From contig CM000429.1 in assembly GCA_000165345.1 (NCBI GenBank), positions 544,001 through 608,000 on the forward strand: 64,000 nt of DNA, written 5' to 3'. The translations under genes and the position numbers were made by a program. How positions within the stretch are numbered: the first letter of the stretch is position 1; each line of letters starts with the position of its first letter. This document shows, in pieces, positions 34,501-43,154 of the stretch. The notes beneath the pieces are model-generated. The model was not told the DNA's origin. It searched no databases and saw nothing but the letters and a program-made list of their open reading frames with translations.

Positions 34501-34779
34501 GAAAATCAATCAAACCTAAATAATGCATGCAAACCAACAAATAGTGAATACATTTTGATTATCGACATCTTTCCCTATGAACTGTGCATCAATGAATTAT
34601 TTATCAATAAAAAATTGAGAATCGTGAATTGCAAGCACTCCATTAACTCTCCCAAAAGAATCGCGATTAACGAATTTAACTCAATAATTAACTTATCAAA
34701 ACATCTTCTAAAGAATACAACTTATAATATTGTAAAAACCTTATTAAATAAAAGTCTAAATCCTCTAATATATTTTTAG
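28516..34779 (+). CDS. Giant hypothetical protein (2087 aa) with an N-terminal TM anchor
   Basis: Single uninterrupted ORF with an ATG start. A hydrophobic helix WFTFIIFVIYILLIGC lies at about residues 44-60. The remainder is rich in I/N/F/K/Y/S, a beta-prone composition, with no recognisable catalytic motif. Confidence 0.6.
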   Translation: MKISLSGYKVINLFDLELDRLTIISKNKSFRISIKKLKISVFNWFTFIIFVIYILLIGCRHIDLFFNFFSKFTEKKIASLKLDQVEIYHLKKDGSSVPNVKRSNLINFVSSYFDFELFSVCLLSEYKLLGKTFLFGTNIGSIYKKNYSFRKTNIFIRRISVRFNEYFDDISTYDIIDLIGLKAYFFSILKDQETILAFPGLLNIDMVNSNYESFITIIEDNIEKVYSGIYLSIPLLNYVFFNIKSLFINKNGSSLIHNVFNWKLKILINFKRIFLETYESNKLFLTISSIVFTLEYNMHNFSLVIKLLNCYLLINLENSIQILESIIYFDVKDKIIRANMKYLRLYSKAIHSNSLDNFIDVIEIPEMNIFSTKIEHCPENLSIVFFTCIELNSELLIIKLTGLDEIFCQNVEFKNEISDLLEFSNQYLSVSDNEESVYTIFYTLERIENKNLNIQINFNFNSNIQLIYNMNNIELNIERSQANLTFNSNEKFLKITDFELAQYNYLYENVFSMKIKTILLNFKTSNKSIFLQEIVFEKESTICIFLKDISIFTIENSCNLSAKNIKIYLYLNTSLNYNSIFTVFEIEYVNFIFQKTIYCWKSIEIYKIIIKQCFSKDEPLFYELIRIDEDPVKIRNENLSNKYLTICIPKLLLAASNYQIMKLSNLFSNFKQNSLVKTRISQLNLIITLNNASIHYYFHTENKCTTLLAYFENGKIFLSINDKYEIDISSKFNRVEIMAGEVHIGNDKIIKFPHYSETLYSKLHNRDIYCDIVYYEITKKIKTNLLIDEGKIQNSGFKDKIFPIFISSIDISHNFHIKLRKNTKIRVHYNFSKDSFLVNSNLVNNTMLILIDVHDYVNSNELFYSISSEDNKYKLSTFLEKINDICLFEIRLQCLNMLLIKAQLESKYLILNLNGILFSNLNSFELCIEKFKIFVKYPSNNFSGEYINLIINNNLIKANLKILDSKMFFFAEKLIFNLKFLIREFECKIEAVQLKVSKNLIDVVVGIAFDSEFSHKENELYSIKYYRGTNSFHYLFDLRQSQAFVNNLMLLSNEDVSVVPYFHINCLSNAKFNIKNIEVPLFYNSEYLLDLNNSFFDKIYSSYNEPFYSRYFNDNIYSINCRIDLNVFNLDNISSEIPYSKLCDFSASNATVGLKICFSSKVFKDLILFFGTKVPTCSDIFERAIKIRKNQKIEIPFDFIADFPNMMVFKDTNSINIMEFDSVFSQNNSVSIIDIIKNLIENPKAFYLDYNLINSSLCIGFECINYRGSCININIFNIISVINISGESLSFSFCNPYNNKLEYECIVENLNQEFIDNVDTKIDSVLLINDPMKITHRFYIEFNRVSRAENHCSIKENIIELNETRSQTNSKNYRLSLIKDKISFIIIIWCPLIIINYSNLDCILKIINTENQEYYFLEGKISKSNSWNSIKKRNLSNKSIFSLSNIDQKDFIELEIQSGCYVSTFSPSRQRENDILIEVEDYKYLLKSNFILSILERHSIKIKVVKLMPIWSIRNKSNFNIRITYGKHVNIPIKSNSGYLDNTYLVRNTHFNYDIQEQIKIVFDEFVNFFLINLTKHEPYERLINLYRNDKNPNKEWKLIKISFYPIQNGSVTKFNTGIYIELNDFNENESSNYFVFENKTSFTYLLTQANGLLDFNSIDINIHRKENLTQKIWENTLIEKLSKVSLYDNKIFNSKFSICLVPEQINNQLFFWAKESIQDNSPITVSFYDETNNLKVTLEQIPAYLFINGGTKLIRFSNYDSNGKNNIYQFLLSIFKFGNEVTHIVFHTSSFIQTHYTIIPSFFIQRQIEYQLVAREEIANNYFLNIRKFELILFNDIDSDKVLKVKWTSTPTNSPKESQKNLSLFPSPRKNELIDFSPVFHILFERLSVNIQEGAKKLELFDSAYKIYSNLNKVCCKISNYESTIFEVNNHRSEINQNQVTIIFDCFKFKKRVNNKPKFSEKYQIKDLMIQIPFMDFNLNLNIYFRNFLHNFVTENQSNLNNACKPTNSEYILIIDIFPYELCINELFINKKLRIVNCKHSINSPKRIAINEFNSIINLSKHLLKNTTYNIVKTLLNKSLNPLIYF

Positions 34780-34844
34780 TAATATAAACTATATTTCTAG
34801 GATATTAACACATAATTGATATTTTAAATTTCTGACTTTGAGAA

Positions 34845-36266
34845 TTATATATACCAATATACAACGGCAACAATGCAGTAGCTGATAATTAGCAAAATAC
34901 CTTCAAACCAATTTGATTCACCATCCTGGACAATTCCAATTACAATAAGGTTTGTCAACAGTAAAATTATTGCAGAGACGGGCGTAAATGAAAGCGTCAT
35001 TGGCTTTCCTAATAACCAGCCAACAATGACACTGAACGGAACAACAAATAAAGCAATCTGAGTTGAGCTTCCAATAGCTACTCCAATTGTTAAATCAGTT
35101 TTGTTTTTTATTGCAACTGATACTGCAGTAATGTGTTCGGCAGCATTACCAACAAGTGGAAGTAAAATTACTCCAATAAAATTTTCGGAGAATCGCCATT
35201 CTGAAATGAATCCATTAATTGAATCGACAAGGCATTCACTGATTATAGATATGAGAATAGTACATAATAGTATCAGAACTGTTCCTATTTGCCATGAAAT
35301 AGTAGGTAATTCAAGGCAAACGTCGTATAATTGGTAATTATTAAAGTTTTGTGAAATAATAGGGTAATTCTTATAAATATTGTTATTATATATCTCAATG
35401 TTGGGAAGAGCGTTTGGATATTTAACTGAACTTATATTGTCAATCATATAAGAAGGGTAGCTTTTATCATTTGATGCAACACTTTCATCTCTGAATAGAT
35501 TGATATGCGTATATAATTGAAAGAACAAAAATAATACATAGGTAAATGAAAGTAAAATAGCGGTTAATCTTGATATCATTAAAATATTATGCTGAGGAAG
35601 GTCAAATTGGGCGACAATTGTGGGTATCGAGATTGCCATGCATGATAGCATGAGTAGGGATGTGGAAAACGATGCACCCTTTTCGTTAAATTTCTGGACA
35701 TGATGAAATATCCCACCTGCAAAGAATGACATTCCAAGTACAAGTAATAGGTTAGAAAGTATTGAGCCCAAAAGCGTTCCTTGTACAACCGTGATAAGAC
35801 CTGCTCTAATTCCCTGAACTGTTAAAATAGCTTCAACTGCATTCCCAAATGTTGCATTTAAAAGACCACCAACAACCTCACCTGTATGTAATGCTAATTC
35901 CTCTGTAAATATCCCAAGAAGATTTGCAAGGGGAATTAATGCAATGAAATTGAACCAAAACGTAGCTAGAGCACCCCATTCTAAATAATAACTTAAAACT
36001 CCAAAAGGAACAAATAAAAATAATATATTTAGTTTTGTAAAAAATATATCTAAAACAGCGATTGCATCAGATTTCCAAGTATAATTAGGTATTTTTGTCT
36101 CTTTGAATGAATTCTTACTTATACCTGTGTTCATTAAGTTCTTACATAAATCGTTTTTCTGACTAAAAATACCAACAATATAAGGTAAAGTTGTTCTTCG
36201 ACGTGAAAATGGATCTGACATTGTACGTCTTAAATAAGACGTAGCTCTCATACGTTGAAGAACCAT
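34845..36266 (-). CDS. Ca2+/H+ (cation/proton) exchanger, CAX family
   Basis: 473 aa and multi-TM. Both alpha-repeat signatures are present: GNAVE (ATFGNAVEAIL) and GNAAEH (LVGNAAEHITAV). Confidence 0.9.
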   Translation of the reverse strand: MVLQRMRATSYLRRTMSDPFSRRRTTLPYIVGIFSQKNDLCKNLMNTGISKNSFKETKIPNYTWKSDAIAVLDIFFTKLNILFLFVPFGVLSYYLEWGALATFWFNFIALIPLANLLGIFTEELALHTGEVVGGLLNATFGNAVEAILTVQGIRAGLITVVQGTLLGSILSNLLLVLGMSFFAGGIFHHVQKFNEKGASFSTSLLMLSCMAISIPTIVAQFDLPQHNILMISRLTAILLSFTYVLFLFFQLYTHINLFRDESVASNDKSYPSYMIDNISSVKYPNALPNIEIYNNNIYKNYPIISQNFNNYQLYDVCLELPTISWQIGTVLILLCTILISIISECLVDSINGFISEWRFSENFIGVILLPLVGNAAEHITAVSVAIKNKTDLTIGVAIGSSTQIALFVVPFSVIVGWLLGKPMTLSFTPVSAIILLLTNLIVIGIVQDGESNWFEGILLIISYCIVAVVYWYI

Positions 36267-36927
36267 TCTTAAAAAGGTATGCTTTTCATACGAAATATTA
36301 AAAGATTAACAGTTGTTGAATAAGATTATCGCTACAAAATGCGCTGTGAAATATGTTAGGGACAAATTAGTTATAATCGTTCTTCATTTAAAAAATAATA
36401 CATGTATATAGTGATTCTTTGAAATAAATGGTATATTTTTAGGTAAAGTCAAATTCCAAATTTGTTAATTTGACACCTGTTTATTATTATTATTTTTTTT
36501 GAACAATTGCCACTAAAGTTAATACGTAATTTTTAGATACCGCCTGAAAAGGTGCATTGTAGTTAAATCCAAATTATAGTTACTGCATATGAGCCGCCAA
36601 AATTTATTTTGCAAACGTCCGATTAATTTTCTTTTTATACAAAATATAATAAGCAACGACACAATGAGAATATTAGAATAGATTAAAATGTATTATGTAG
36701 TAGTGTATTTCATTTAATTTGTTTTTTGCTAATGTGCTGAGCAAAAAGTTTTTTTTCGACACTGTAATTTTGCAATATCTATCTGGAGAATTACATCCAA
36801 ATCATGGCGGCAATTGTGGGGATTAAGGAGTTGAGTTCAAACTACATGAAACAGATAGGAAAATGCAGAGACTTTAATGCTGTTTTAAAAAGATCTCTTC
36901 ATAATTTTAATTTCACTACGAACAATA

Positions 36928-38203
36928 ATGAAACGAGGTTTTTTAAAAAATCTCGTAAATAAACGAAGTTATGAACAGAAAAAAAATGAGACATTGAAGG
37001 TAAGGATATGATTTATGCATTGTATAACTCTAGATTGATTCTTAGGTTGAAATAGATGATTTTGAGTTATTTGAATTAATAGGTACAGGAAACTTTACTC
37101 AAGTTTTTCGTGCCTTTGATATAGTCAATAAAACATACGTTGCAATTAAAGTTGCTAACAAGTCACAATTAAGAGCATTGAAAAAAGAAGGTGAAATATT
37201 AAATGAAAAGAAAATATGTACTAAACTAAATAATTCCCGTTCAAGGAATGTAATTAAACTATTAAATTCATTTGCAAATGAAGAAAATGTTTATTTGGTA
37301 TATGAACTTTGTACAGATGGAGAGTTATGGCAAAAAATCCTCCCTATTGGAATAAAACCATTGAGACAAGCAGTTTACTATTTAGCTCAATTATTGATTG
37401 CAATAGAGGATATACACAATTTGAACATAGTTCATCGTGATATTAAAGCAGAAAACTGTTTGCTAATGAAAAATGGACAGCTTAAGTTGGCAGATTTTGG
37501 ATCATCAATTCATTTAGACGATGTTGTTTGCAACTCCCAAAATTGTGGTTCTTCGTGTGAATGCAGATTCACTATAAACAGAGGTAGAAGAGAATTTAAA
37601 TATTTTGTTGGGACGCCGCAGTTCATGGCACCTGAAACTATACGAAATAAGCCACCAACAAAAGCAGTTGATCTATGGAGTTTTGGTTGTACTGTATTCC
37701 AAGTGATTTGCGGATACCCTCCATTTAATGCTCCTAGTGAATTTCTTGTTTTTTGCAGAGTTTTTCAAAATGGATTGAGGTTTCCTCCAGATTTTCCCAA
37801 AGATGCAAAGCTATTAGTAGAGTCTTTACTCAAACAAGAACCTTCTGAAAGAGCGACAATTGAAGAGGTAAAGAAATCCAAATTTTTTGAAGATGTTAAT
37901 TTTAGAGAATTAATAAGTGAAAAAGAATATCTTAATTTTCCACCTTCATTGAAAGATTTATGCCTAATTCAGGTCGCAAAATCATATGAAAAGTATAAAA
38001 CGGAAGATCTAGAAAAGCTAAATGCTTTAGATGATTCAGACACAATTCTGGGAAGATTAAGATTCGAAGCTGAGAGAAAGGAATATGAAGGCCCGCGCGA
38101 TACATGGCAAAGCGAATTTTGCGACCAAATTTTCAATGAGAATATTTCAGGAAACACAAATAATTGCACTTCATCTTCTTCATCTGAAAGCAATAGTGAG
38201 TAA
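36928..38203 (+). CDS. PDK1-like AGC protein kinase (3-phosphoinositide-dependent kinase-1), 2 exons
   Basis: The ORF track starts at TTG 37178 in mid-domain. The frame is open back to an AG acceptor at about 37044-45. Exon 2 begins VEIDDFELFELIGTGNFTQVFRAFDIVNKTYVAIKV, the glycine loop and VAIK motif. Exon 1 is about 36928..36999, MKRGFLKNLVNKRSYEQKKNETLK|, and ends AAG|GTAAGG. The intron is 46 nt. Downstream motifs match PDK1: HRDIKAENCLL, DFG, GTPQFMAPE. Confidence 0.75.
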
Positions 38204-38311
38204 TGTAAAATTAACTAGAACATAACTAGGCGCCTTTTAAGGACTCTGACTCTTATTTAAGGTTTTTTTTCATTAAAACTATGGCGGTTCGCACTCGCGC
38301 CGGGATTAAAA

Positions 38312-38384
38312 TAGGAAGAACGGGAATCGAACCCGTGACCTCTTGCGTGTGAGGCAAGCGTCATAACCCCTAGACCATCCTCCT
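38312..38384 (-). tRNA. tRNA-Val (anticodon CAC)
   Basis: Minus-strand 73-nt cloverleaf. The acceptor is AGGAGGA/TCTTCCT with one G-U pair. The D-arm is GTC..AGGGGTTAT..GAC. The anticodon stem is CTTGC/GCAAG with loop CTCACAC. The variable loop is AGGTC. The T-arm is ACGGG-TTCGATT-CCCGT. The discriminator A is followed by a TTTT Pol III terminator. Confidence 0.75.
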
Positions 38385-38438
38385 GCACCAAGGGGTGCGC
38401 TTGCTAATAAAGCTATTTAAAGCAAAAGGCATAACATA

Positions 38439-38729
38439 TCATTTGTTGGTGCTTTGTAGAATGTTGGCATTAGATTGAAATTTAAATTCTCTTCTACACA
38501 TTGGGCACATTCCAGAATCATTTCTTGCACGTGAAAGCCACTCATGTATACAGTGAAGGTGGAAAGAGTGACCACATTCACCAAATGCTGGCGGACATGA
38601 ATCTCCAGGCTTAAAGCATTGAGGGCATGTTAATTCAAAAGATTCACTGCAAATACTGCAAAGGTCATCACCACACAGCCAATTCCAATACCCTATCATT
38701 CTTAGCTTATTGATTTTGATTCTGGCCAT
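38439..38729 (-). CDS. APC11-like RING-H2 protein (anaphase-promoting complex subunit 11)
   Basis: The 96-aa protein CPQCFKPGDSCPPAFGECGHSFHLHCIHEWL...CPMCRREFKF matches APC11 [31 protein letters not shown]...CPMCRQEWKF. Confidence 0.75.
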   Translation of the reverse strand: MARIKINKLRMIGYWNWLCGDDLCSICSESFELTCPQCFKPGDSCPPAFGECGHSFHLHCIHEWLSRARNDSGMCPMCRREFKFQSNANILQSTNK

Positions 38730-39077
38730 TTCAGTTTCAATTGAGGGAGTTAACTCGTAATATTTGCAAATATAAGATCGTGATATTGTAAACTATTGGT
38801 AGGTAATTCCATAAAAACACAAATATAAGTAAATTAATTTATTTTTGGCTTAAATCTCTTTGATGATTAAATTTTTAGGCAGTACATTATTCCCTAATTA
38901 GTTTCAAAGCGTTATTAGTACTTGCTTTTTTAGGTTACCGCTTCTGCAAAGATCCTAAAATTTTAAGCGGTAGTTGTAAAACTTGAAATAACATAAATTT
39001 TGACTTGTAGGAAGTAGCAGCTTTTAACTATTTGACAGTATGAATTCTATTTTCTTTAAAGTGCATTTAGTTTGAAA

Positions 39078-41675
39078 ATGAGAAATTTAGATCGAGAAAG
39101 AGAACTTAGACGACGCCAGTACCTGGCAGATCGAGAGAAACGTCAATTAGAGTTAGCTGAGAGAGTATTAAAGAGTAAAGAACTACTTTATGCTTCAATT
39201 GGAAAGGAAGTCAATGAAAAAAAAAAGAATGAATTGACTGCAGAGCAAAAAATATTAGCTGAGGCTGGTAAGATGGTTGAGGAGAGAGATACTGATGGCT
39301 CACTATTTGAAACATATATTATGCCGGAAAGTTATGATGAAGATTTACAAAAAAGACTTAGTACAGCAATAATTAAACCTCAAGATAGGTTAGATAAACG
39401 CAGAAAATTTAATAAGTCAGACCACGATATATGGGAGTCAAACCAAGCGAGATCTGGTGATATTTCTTTAGTTGAAAATAACAGACTGTCAACTAGGAAG
39501 GTAATTGACCAAGAGAAAAATTCCAAATCATTAATTCTTTCAGACGGATCTCTGATTGATTTTGAATTACTAGAAACAACAAGCACAGAAGTTAGCAGCG
39601 AATTTTCATCAAGAAACAAAATTATAGAAAGCCAGGACATTGAATTGATTAATGATGTTAGAAACTCTCTACCTGTTGTGAAATTTAAGGAGCAGATAAT
39701 AAAATCTCTGGAAGAACATCCAATATTGATAGTTGTCGGAGAAACTGGTTCCGGAAAAACAACTCAAATACCTCAATACTTATTTGAAGCTGGGTATTAC
39801 AAAAACGGAATAATTGCATGCACTCAACCAAGAAGAGTGGCGGCAATGAGCGTGGCTGCAAGGGTAGCTAAAGAGATGGGTTCTAGACTTGGAGGTTTGG
39901 TTGGATATTCAATAAGGTTTGAGGATTGTACAAGCGAAGAAACTGTTGTCAAATATATGACGGATGGCATTTTATTAAGGGAGTTTCTTTCAGAGCCTGA
40001 TTTAAAAAATTATTCGTGCATATTAATTGATGAAGCACATGAAAGAAGTCTCCACACGGATATTTTGTTTGGACTTGTAAAAGATGTTTCCAGATTCAGA
40101 AATTCAGATATTTATCTTGAAAACGATATTGGAAAGAATGGCAAGATAGAAGGCTGCGCCAATTATAATAAAAATCCCTTTAAATTGATTATATCATCTG
40201 CAACATTGGAAGCAAACAAGTTTAGTGAATACTTTGATAATGCACCAATAATATACATACCAGGTAGACGATTTCCAGTTAACATTTATTATACGAAGTC
40301 CCCTGAAGCAAACTTTATTGACGGGACGGTCGTAACTGTTTTGCAAATTCACTTTTCCCAAATAAAAAGGTCTAATGAAAATATGAGCTCTAAAAAGATC
40401 ATTCCAGTTGGAGGTGATATTCTTTGTTTCTTACCTGGACAACAAGAAATTGAAGAAGCGCAGGCATTATTAGAAAGTAGACTAGTAAATAAAGATCCAA
40501 ATTTACCAGAGCTTATTATACTTCCTATATACTCTTCACTTCCATCTGAACAACAAGCAAAGATTTTTCAAACAACTCCGTACGGGTTTAGAAAGGTTGT
40601 ACTTGCTACAAATATTGCAGAGACAGCATTAACCGTTGATAACATAGGGTTTGTAGTTGATTGTGGATTTTGTAAACAAAATTCATATAACCCAAAGACA
40701 GGTCTAGAAAGTTTAATTACCGTTCCTTGTAGTCAAGCTGCTGCAAACCAAAGATCAGGAAGAGCAGGTAGAGTTCGTCCGGGGAAATGCTTTAGACTTT
40801 ACACTAAGTTAAGTTTTACTACGGAAATGGAAGTATCAAATGTTCCCGAGATTCAGAGATGCAATTTGGGGAACGCTGTTTTAGTAATTAAATCTCTTGG
40901 GATTGATGATTTACTACATTTTGATTTCATGGATCCACCACCTCCAGAAACATTAATTCGCGCATTGGAACTCTTGTATTCATTAGGTGCGCTTGATGAT
41001 AAAGGGGAGCTAACGAAAGTTGGGAGAACAATGGCTGAATTACCTATCGATCCTATGCATGGCAAAATGGTCTTAGCATCTCAAAAGTACAGCGTTGTAA
41101 ATGAAGCAACTACAATAGTATCTATGCTTTCTGTTGGAAATTCGATTTTCATTAGACCAAAAGAAAAAGCTAAGCAGGCAGATAGTATTAGAAAAGCTTT
41201 CACTGTACATGGAGGAGATCTTTTGACACTATTAAATGTATATAACCAATGGCAGAGCAATGATTTTTCTGGATATTGGTGTTATGATAATTTTCTTCAA
41301 GTAAAAAGCCTTAAAAAAGCTCGCGACATTAAAACTCAGATAGATTCGCTTTTAAGTGAAAAATTAGATATTCAGATTTCAAGTAACCCCAATGAGTTAG
41401 AATATATTAGAAAGGCAATCACAGCTGGATTCTTTTTACAATCAGCACGCATTAATAAAGGTGGGAACTATACTACAATCAAGTGGCGCCATATAGTTGA
41501 CATCCATCCTTCTTCAACATTGTTCAATTTAAAGCCGTCAGCAATTACATACACGGAGCTTGTACTTACTACAAAGGAATATATGAGAAATCTTACTGAA
41601 ATAAAGACGGATTGGCTACTTGAGGTTGCTCCTCATTATTATCATACTGATGATTTTAATTCAAAAAGCAGCTAA
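39078..41675 (+). CDS. DEAH-box pre-mRNA splicing helicase Prp2/DHX16-like
   Basis: The ORF-track start at 39072 is TTG. The first ATG is at 39078. GETGSGKTTQIPQYLFEAGY...ACTQPRRVAAMSVAARVAKEMG...GYSIRFEDCTSEETVVKYMTDGILLREFLSEPDL...IDEAHERSLHTDILFGLVKDV is near-identical to the DHX16 core. Helicase-C, HA2 and OB domains follow. Confidence 0.9.
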   Translation: MRNLDRERELRRRQYLADREKRQLELAERVLKSKELLYASIGKEVNEKKKNELTAEQKILAEAGKMVEERDTDGSLFETYIMPESYDEDLQKRLSTAIIKPQDRLDKRRKFNKSDHDIWESNQARSGDISLVENNRLSTRKVIDQEKNSKSLILSDGSLIDFELLETTSTEVSSEFSSRNKIIESQDIELINDVRNSLPVVKFKEQIIKSLEEHPILIVVGETGSGKTTQIPQYLFEAGYYKNGIIACTQPRRVAAMSVAARVAKEMGSRLGGLVGYSIRFEDCTSEETVVKYMTDGILLREFLSEPDLKNYSCILIDEAHERSLHTDILFGLVKDVSRFRNSDIYLENDIGKNGKIEGCANYNKNPFKLIISSATLEANKFSEYFDNAPIIYIPGRRFPVNIYYTKSPEANFIDGTVVTVLQIHFSQIKRSNENMSSKKIIPVGGDILCFLPGQQEIEEAQALLESRLVNKDPNLPELIILPIYSSLPSEQQAKIFQTTPYGFRKVVLATNIAETALTVDNIGFVVDCGFCKQNSYNPKTGLESLITVPCSQAAANQRSGRAGRVRPGKCFRLYTKLSFTTEMEVSNVPEIQRCNLGNAVLVIKSLGIDDLLHFDFMDPPPPETLIRALELLYSLGALDDKGELTKVGRTMAELPIDPMHGKMVLASQKYSVVNEATTIVSMLSVGNSIFIRPKEKAKQADSIRKAFTVHGGDLLTLLNVYNQWQSNDFSGYWCYDNFLQVKSLKKARDIKTQIDSLLSEKLDIQISSNPNELEYIRKAITAGFFLQSARINKGGNYTTIKWRHIVDIHPSSTLFNLKPSAITYTELVLTTKEYMRNLTEIKTDWLLEVAPHYYHTDDFNSKSS

Positions 41676-41791
41676 GTATTTAGCGCTAAAGTATATTTTA
41701 GTTTAAATTTTCTCTAAAGTGAAGTTGAAAATTTAATATTTCATTATTTAGCTCAAGCTTGCACTGTGCATTTATCTTGTCCGAATTTAAT

Positions 41792-42271
41792 ATGCCTCAA
41801 GAGACAGCTCTAATTTATCGCCCTTTGAAACTATCTGACATTTTCAAGATTAACAAAGTTAACTTGGACAGTTTTACAGAGACATACAACATGAATTATT
41901 ATGGAGATTATCTTTCAACCTGGCCTGAACTTTGTTTTGTATGCGAAGCACCAGACCATTCAATAGCGGGCTATCTTGTTTCCAAAGTTGAAGGAGAGGG
42001 CGATCAATGGCATGGCCATGTAACTGCCCTTTCTGTTTCTCAACAATATAGAAATTCGGGTGTTGCAACTAAACTTATGAAATTCTTAGAAGACATAAGC
42101 ACACAGTTGAATTGTCATTTTATTGACTTGTTTGTGAGGCCTTCTAATGAGAAAGCAGTCAAATTTTACAAGCAACTCGGATACTATGTACACCAAACAA
42201 TTCCCTCATATTATACTGATGAAGATGGGTATGACATGAGAAAACTGATTTGCAATAAAAATCTGGAGTAA
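41792..42271 (+). CDS. N-terminal acetyltransferase NatB catalytic subunit (Naa20/NAT5)
   Basis: The ORF track starts at TTG 41759. The first ATG, about 41792, gives MPQETALIYRPLKLSDIFKINKVNLDSFTETY...WHGHVTALSVSQQYRNSGVATKLM...DLFVRPSNEKAVKFYKQLGY. This is co-linear with Naa20. Confidence 0.85.
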   Translation: MPQETALIYRPLKLSDIFKINKVNLDSFTETYNMNYYGDYLSTWPELCFVCEAPDHSIAGYLVSKVEGEGDQWHGHVTALSVSQQYRNSGVATKLMKFLEDISTQLNCHFIDLFVRPSNEKAVKFYKQLGYYVHQTIPSYYTDEDGYDMRKLICNKNLE

Positions 42272-42484
42272 AAGATTGCGATAATAGTGCAAAGAAATGA
42301 CATTAAAGCACACCTTTGATTTAATGAATAAGAAATGTCATTTTATGGCCTAACAGTTTCACTATAAACAAGTCCTCTTTTGATAAACATATTTTTAATG
42401 GTGTGAATCCAAGACATGACGCATGCATTTCATATAGAATAGGCAATTATTTGCAGAAATTGGAAATTAATGAATAATTAGAAA

Positions 42485-43099
42485 ATGGAATCATCAAGTA
42501 TATATGAGATAATTGACAAATTGGAGTAAGTGAGGAAATTGGTTAATTACTTTATTATAATAACTTTACCAGAAACAATGACACGTATTGGGGTTATGAT
42601 GATTTATTTGAGAACTCAGAAGTTCCCACTCCCGAAAGAATTACAAACAAATCAAAACTTTGTGCAATAAATTATTTAGATCCAGAAAAGAATTCCGTAA
42701 GTTCGATAACAAGTGGAGTTTGGACATAAGTAACCTTTGTTGTAGAAAATTGTAGCAAAATCCTCAGTTTTGTTTCGAAAAATTCAAGCAAATGAAAAAA
42801 GAATAAATAGTATGTTAGAGAGTATTGGAACAGATATTAAACATTTCCATATGCTTGCAAAGCAAAGGCAGTTCACAAATAAACCACAAGGTAGGAAGCA
42901 ATTATTTTATACCCCTGAAAAACAATATTCTACTCCTGATTTGTGGCTCACAAAGTCGAACAGTATTTATAATTCGTATTCTTCAAATGCCAAAGAGATT
43001 GTTGAGAATACTTTGGATTACTACCCTAATATAGGTCGTGAATGGTATATTAAGCGATGGAATGATATAAAGTCGATAAAGTTCCAAAAAGGAAATTAA
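42485..43099 (+). CDS. Hypothetical 3-exon gene (about 173 aa) not represented as such in the ORF track
   Basis: Exons are about 42485..42525 (MESSSIYEIIDKL, ending GA|GTAAGT), 42573..42696 (ending TCC|GTAAGT) and 42746..43099. The introns are 47 and 49 nt, with acceptors TTTACCAG and TGTTGTAG. Exon 3 enters the frame of ORF 42770..43099, whose start is TTG, upstream of that TTG. I recognised no homolog. Confidence 0.4.
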
Positions 43100-43154
43100 G
43101 GTATTTTAAAGCTATTAAGTAGTCTGTTAGTATTTGATCAATTTTATTAAACTA

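Noticed and set aside
36804-36962. 52-codon ATG ORF (MAAIVGIKELSS...) immediately upstream of PDK1 exon 1
   Set aside because: It is in a different frame from the kinase exon 1, and no splice signal links it. It is more likely a uORF or leader sequence. It is kept only as a note.
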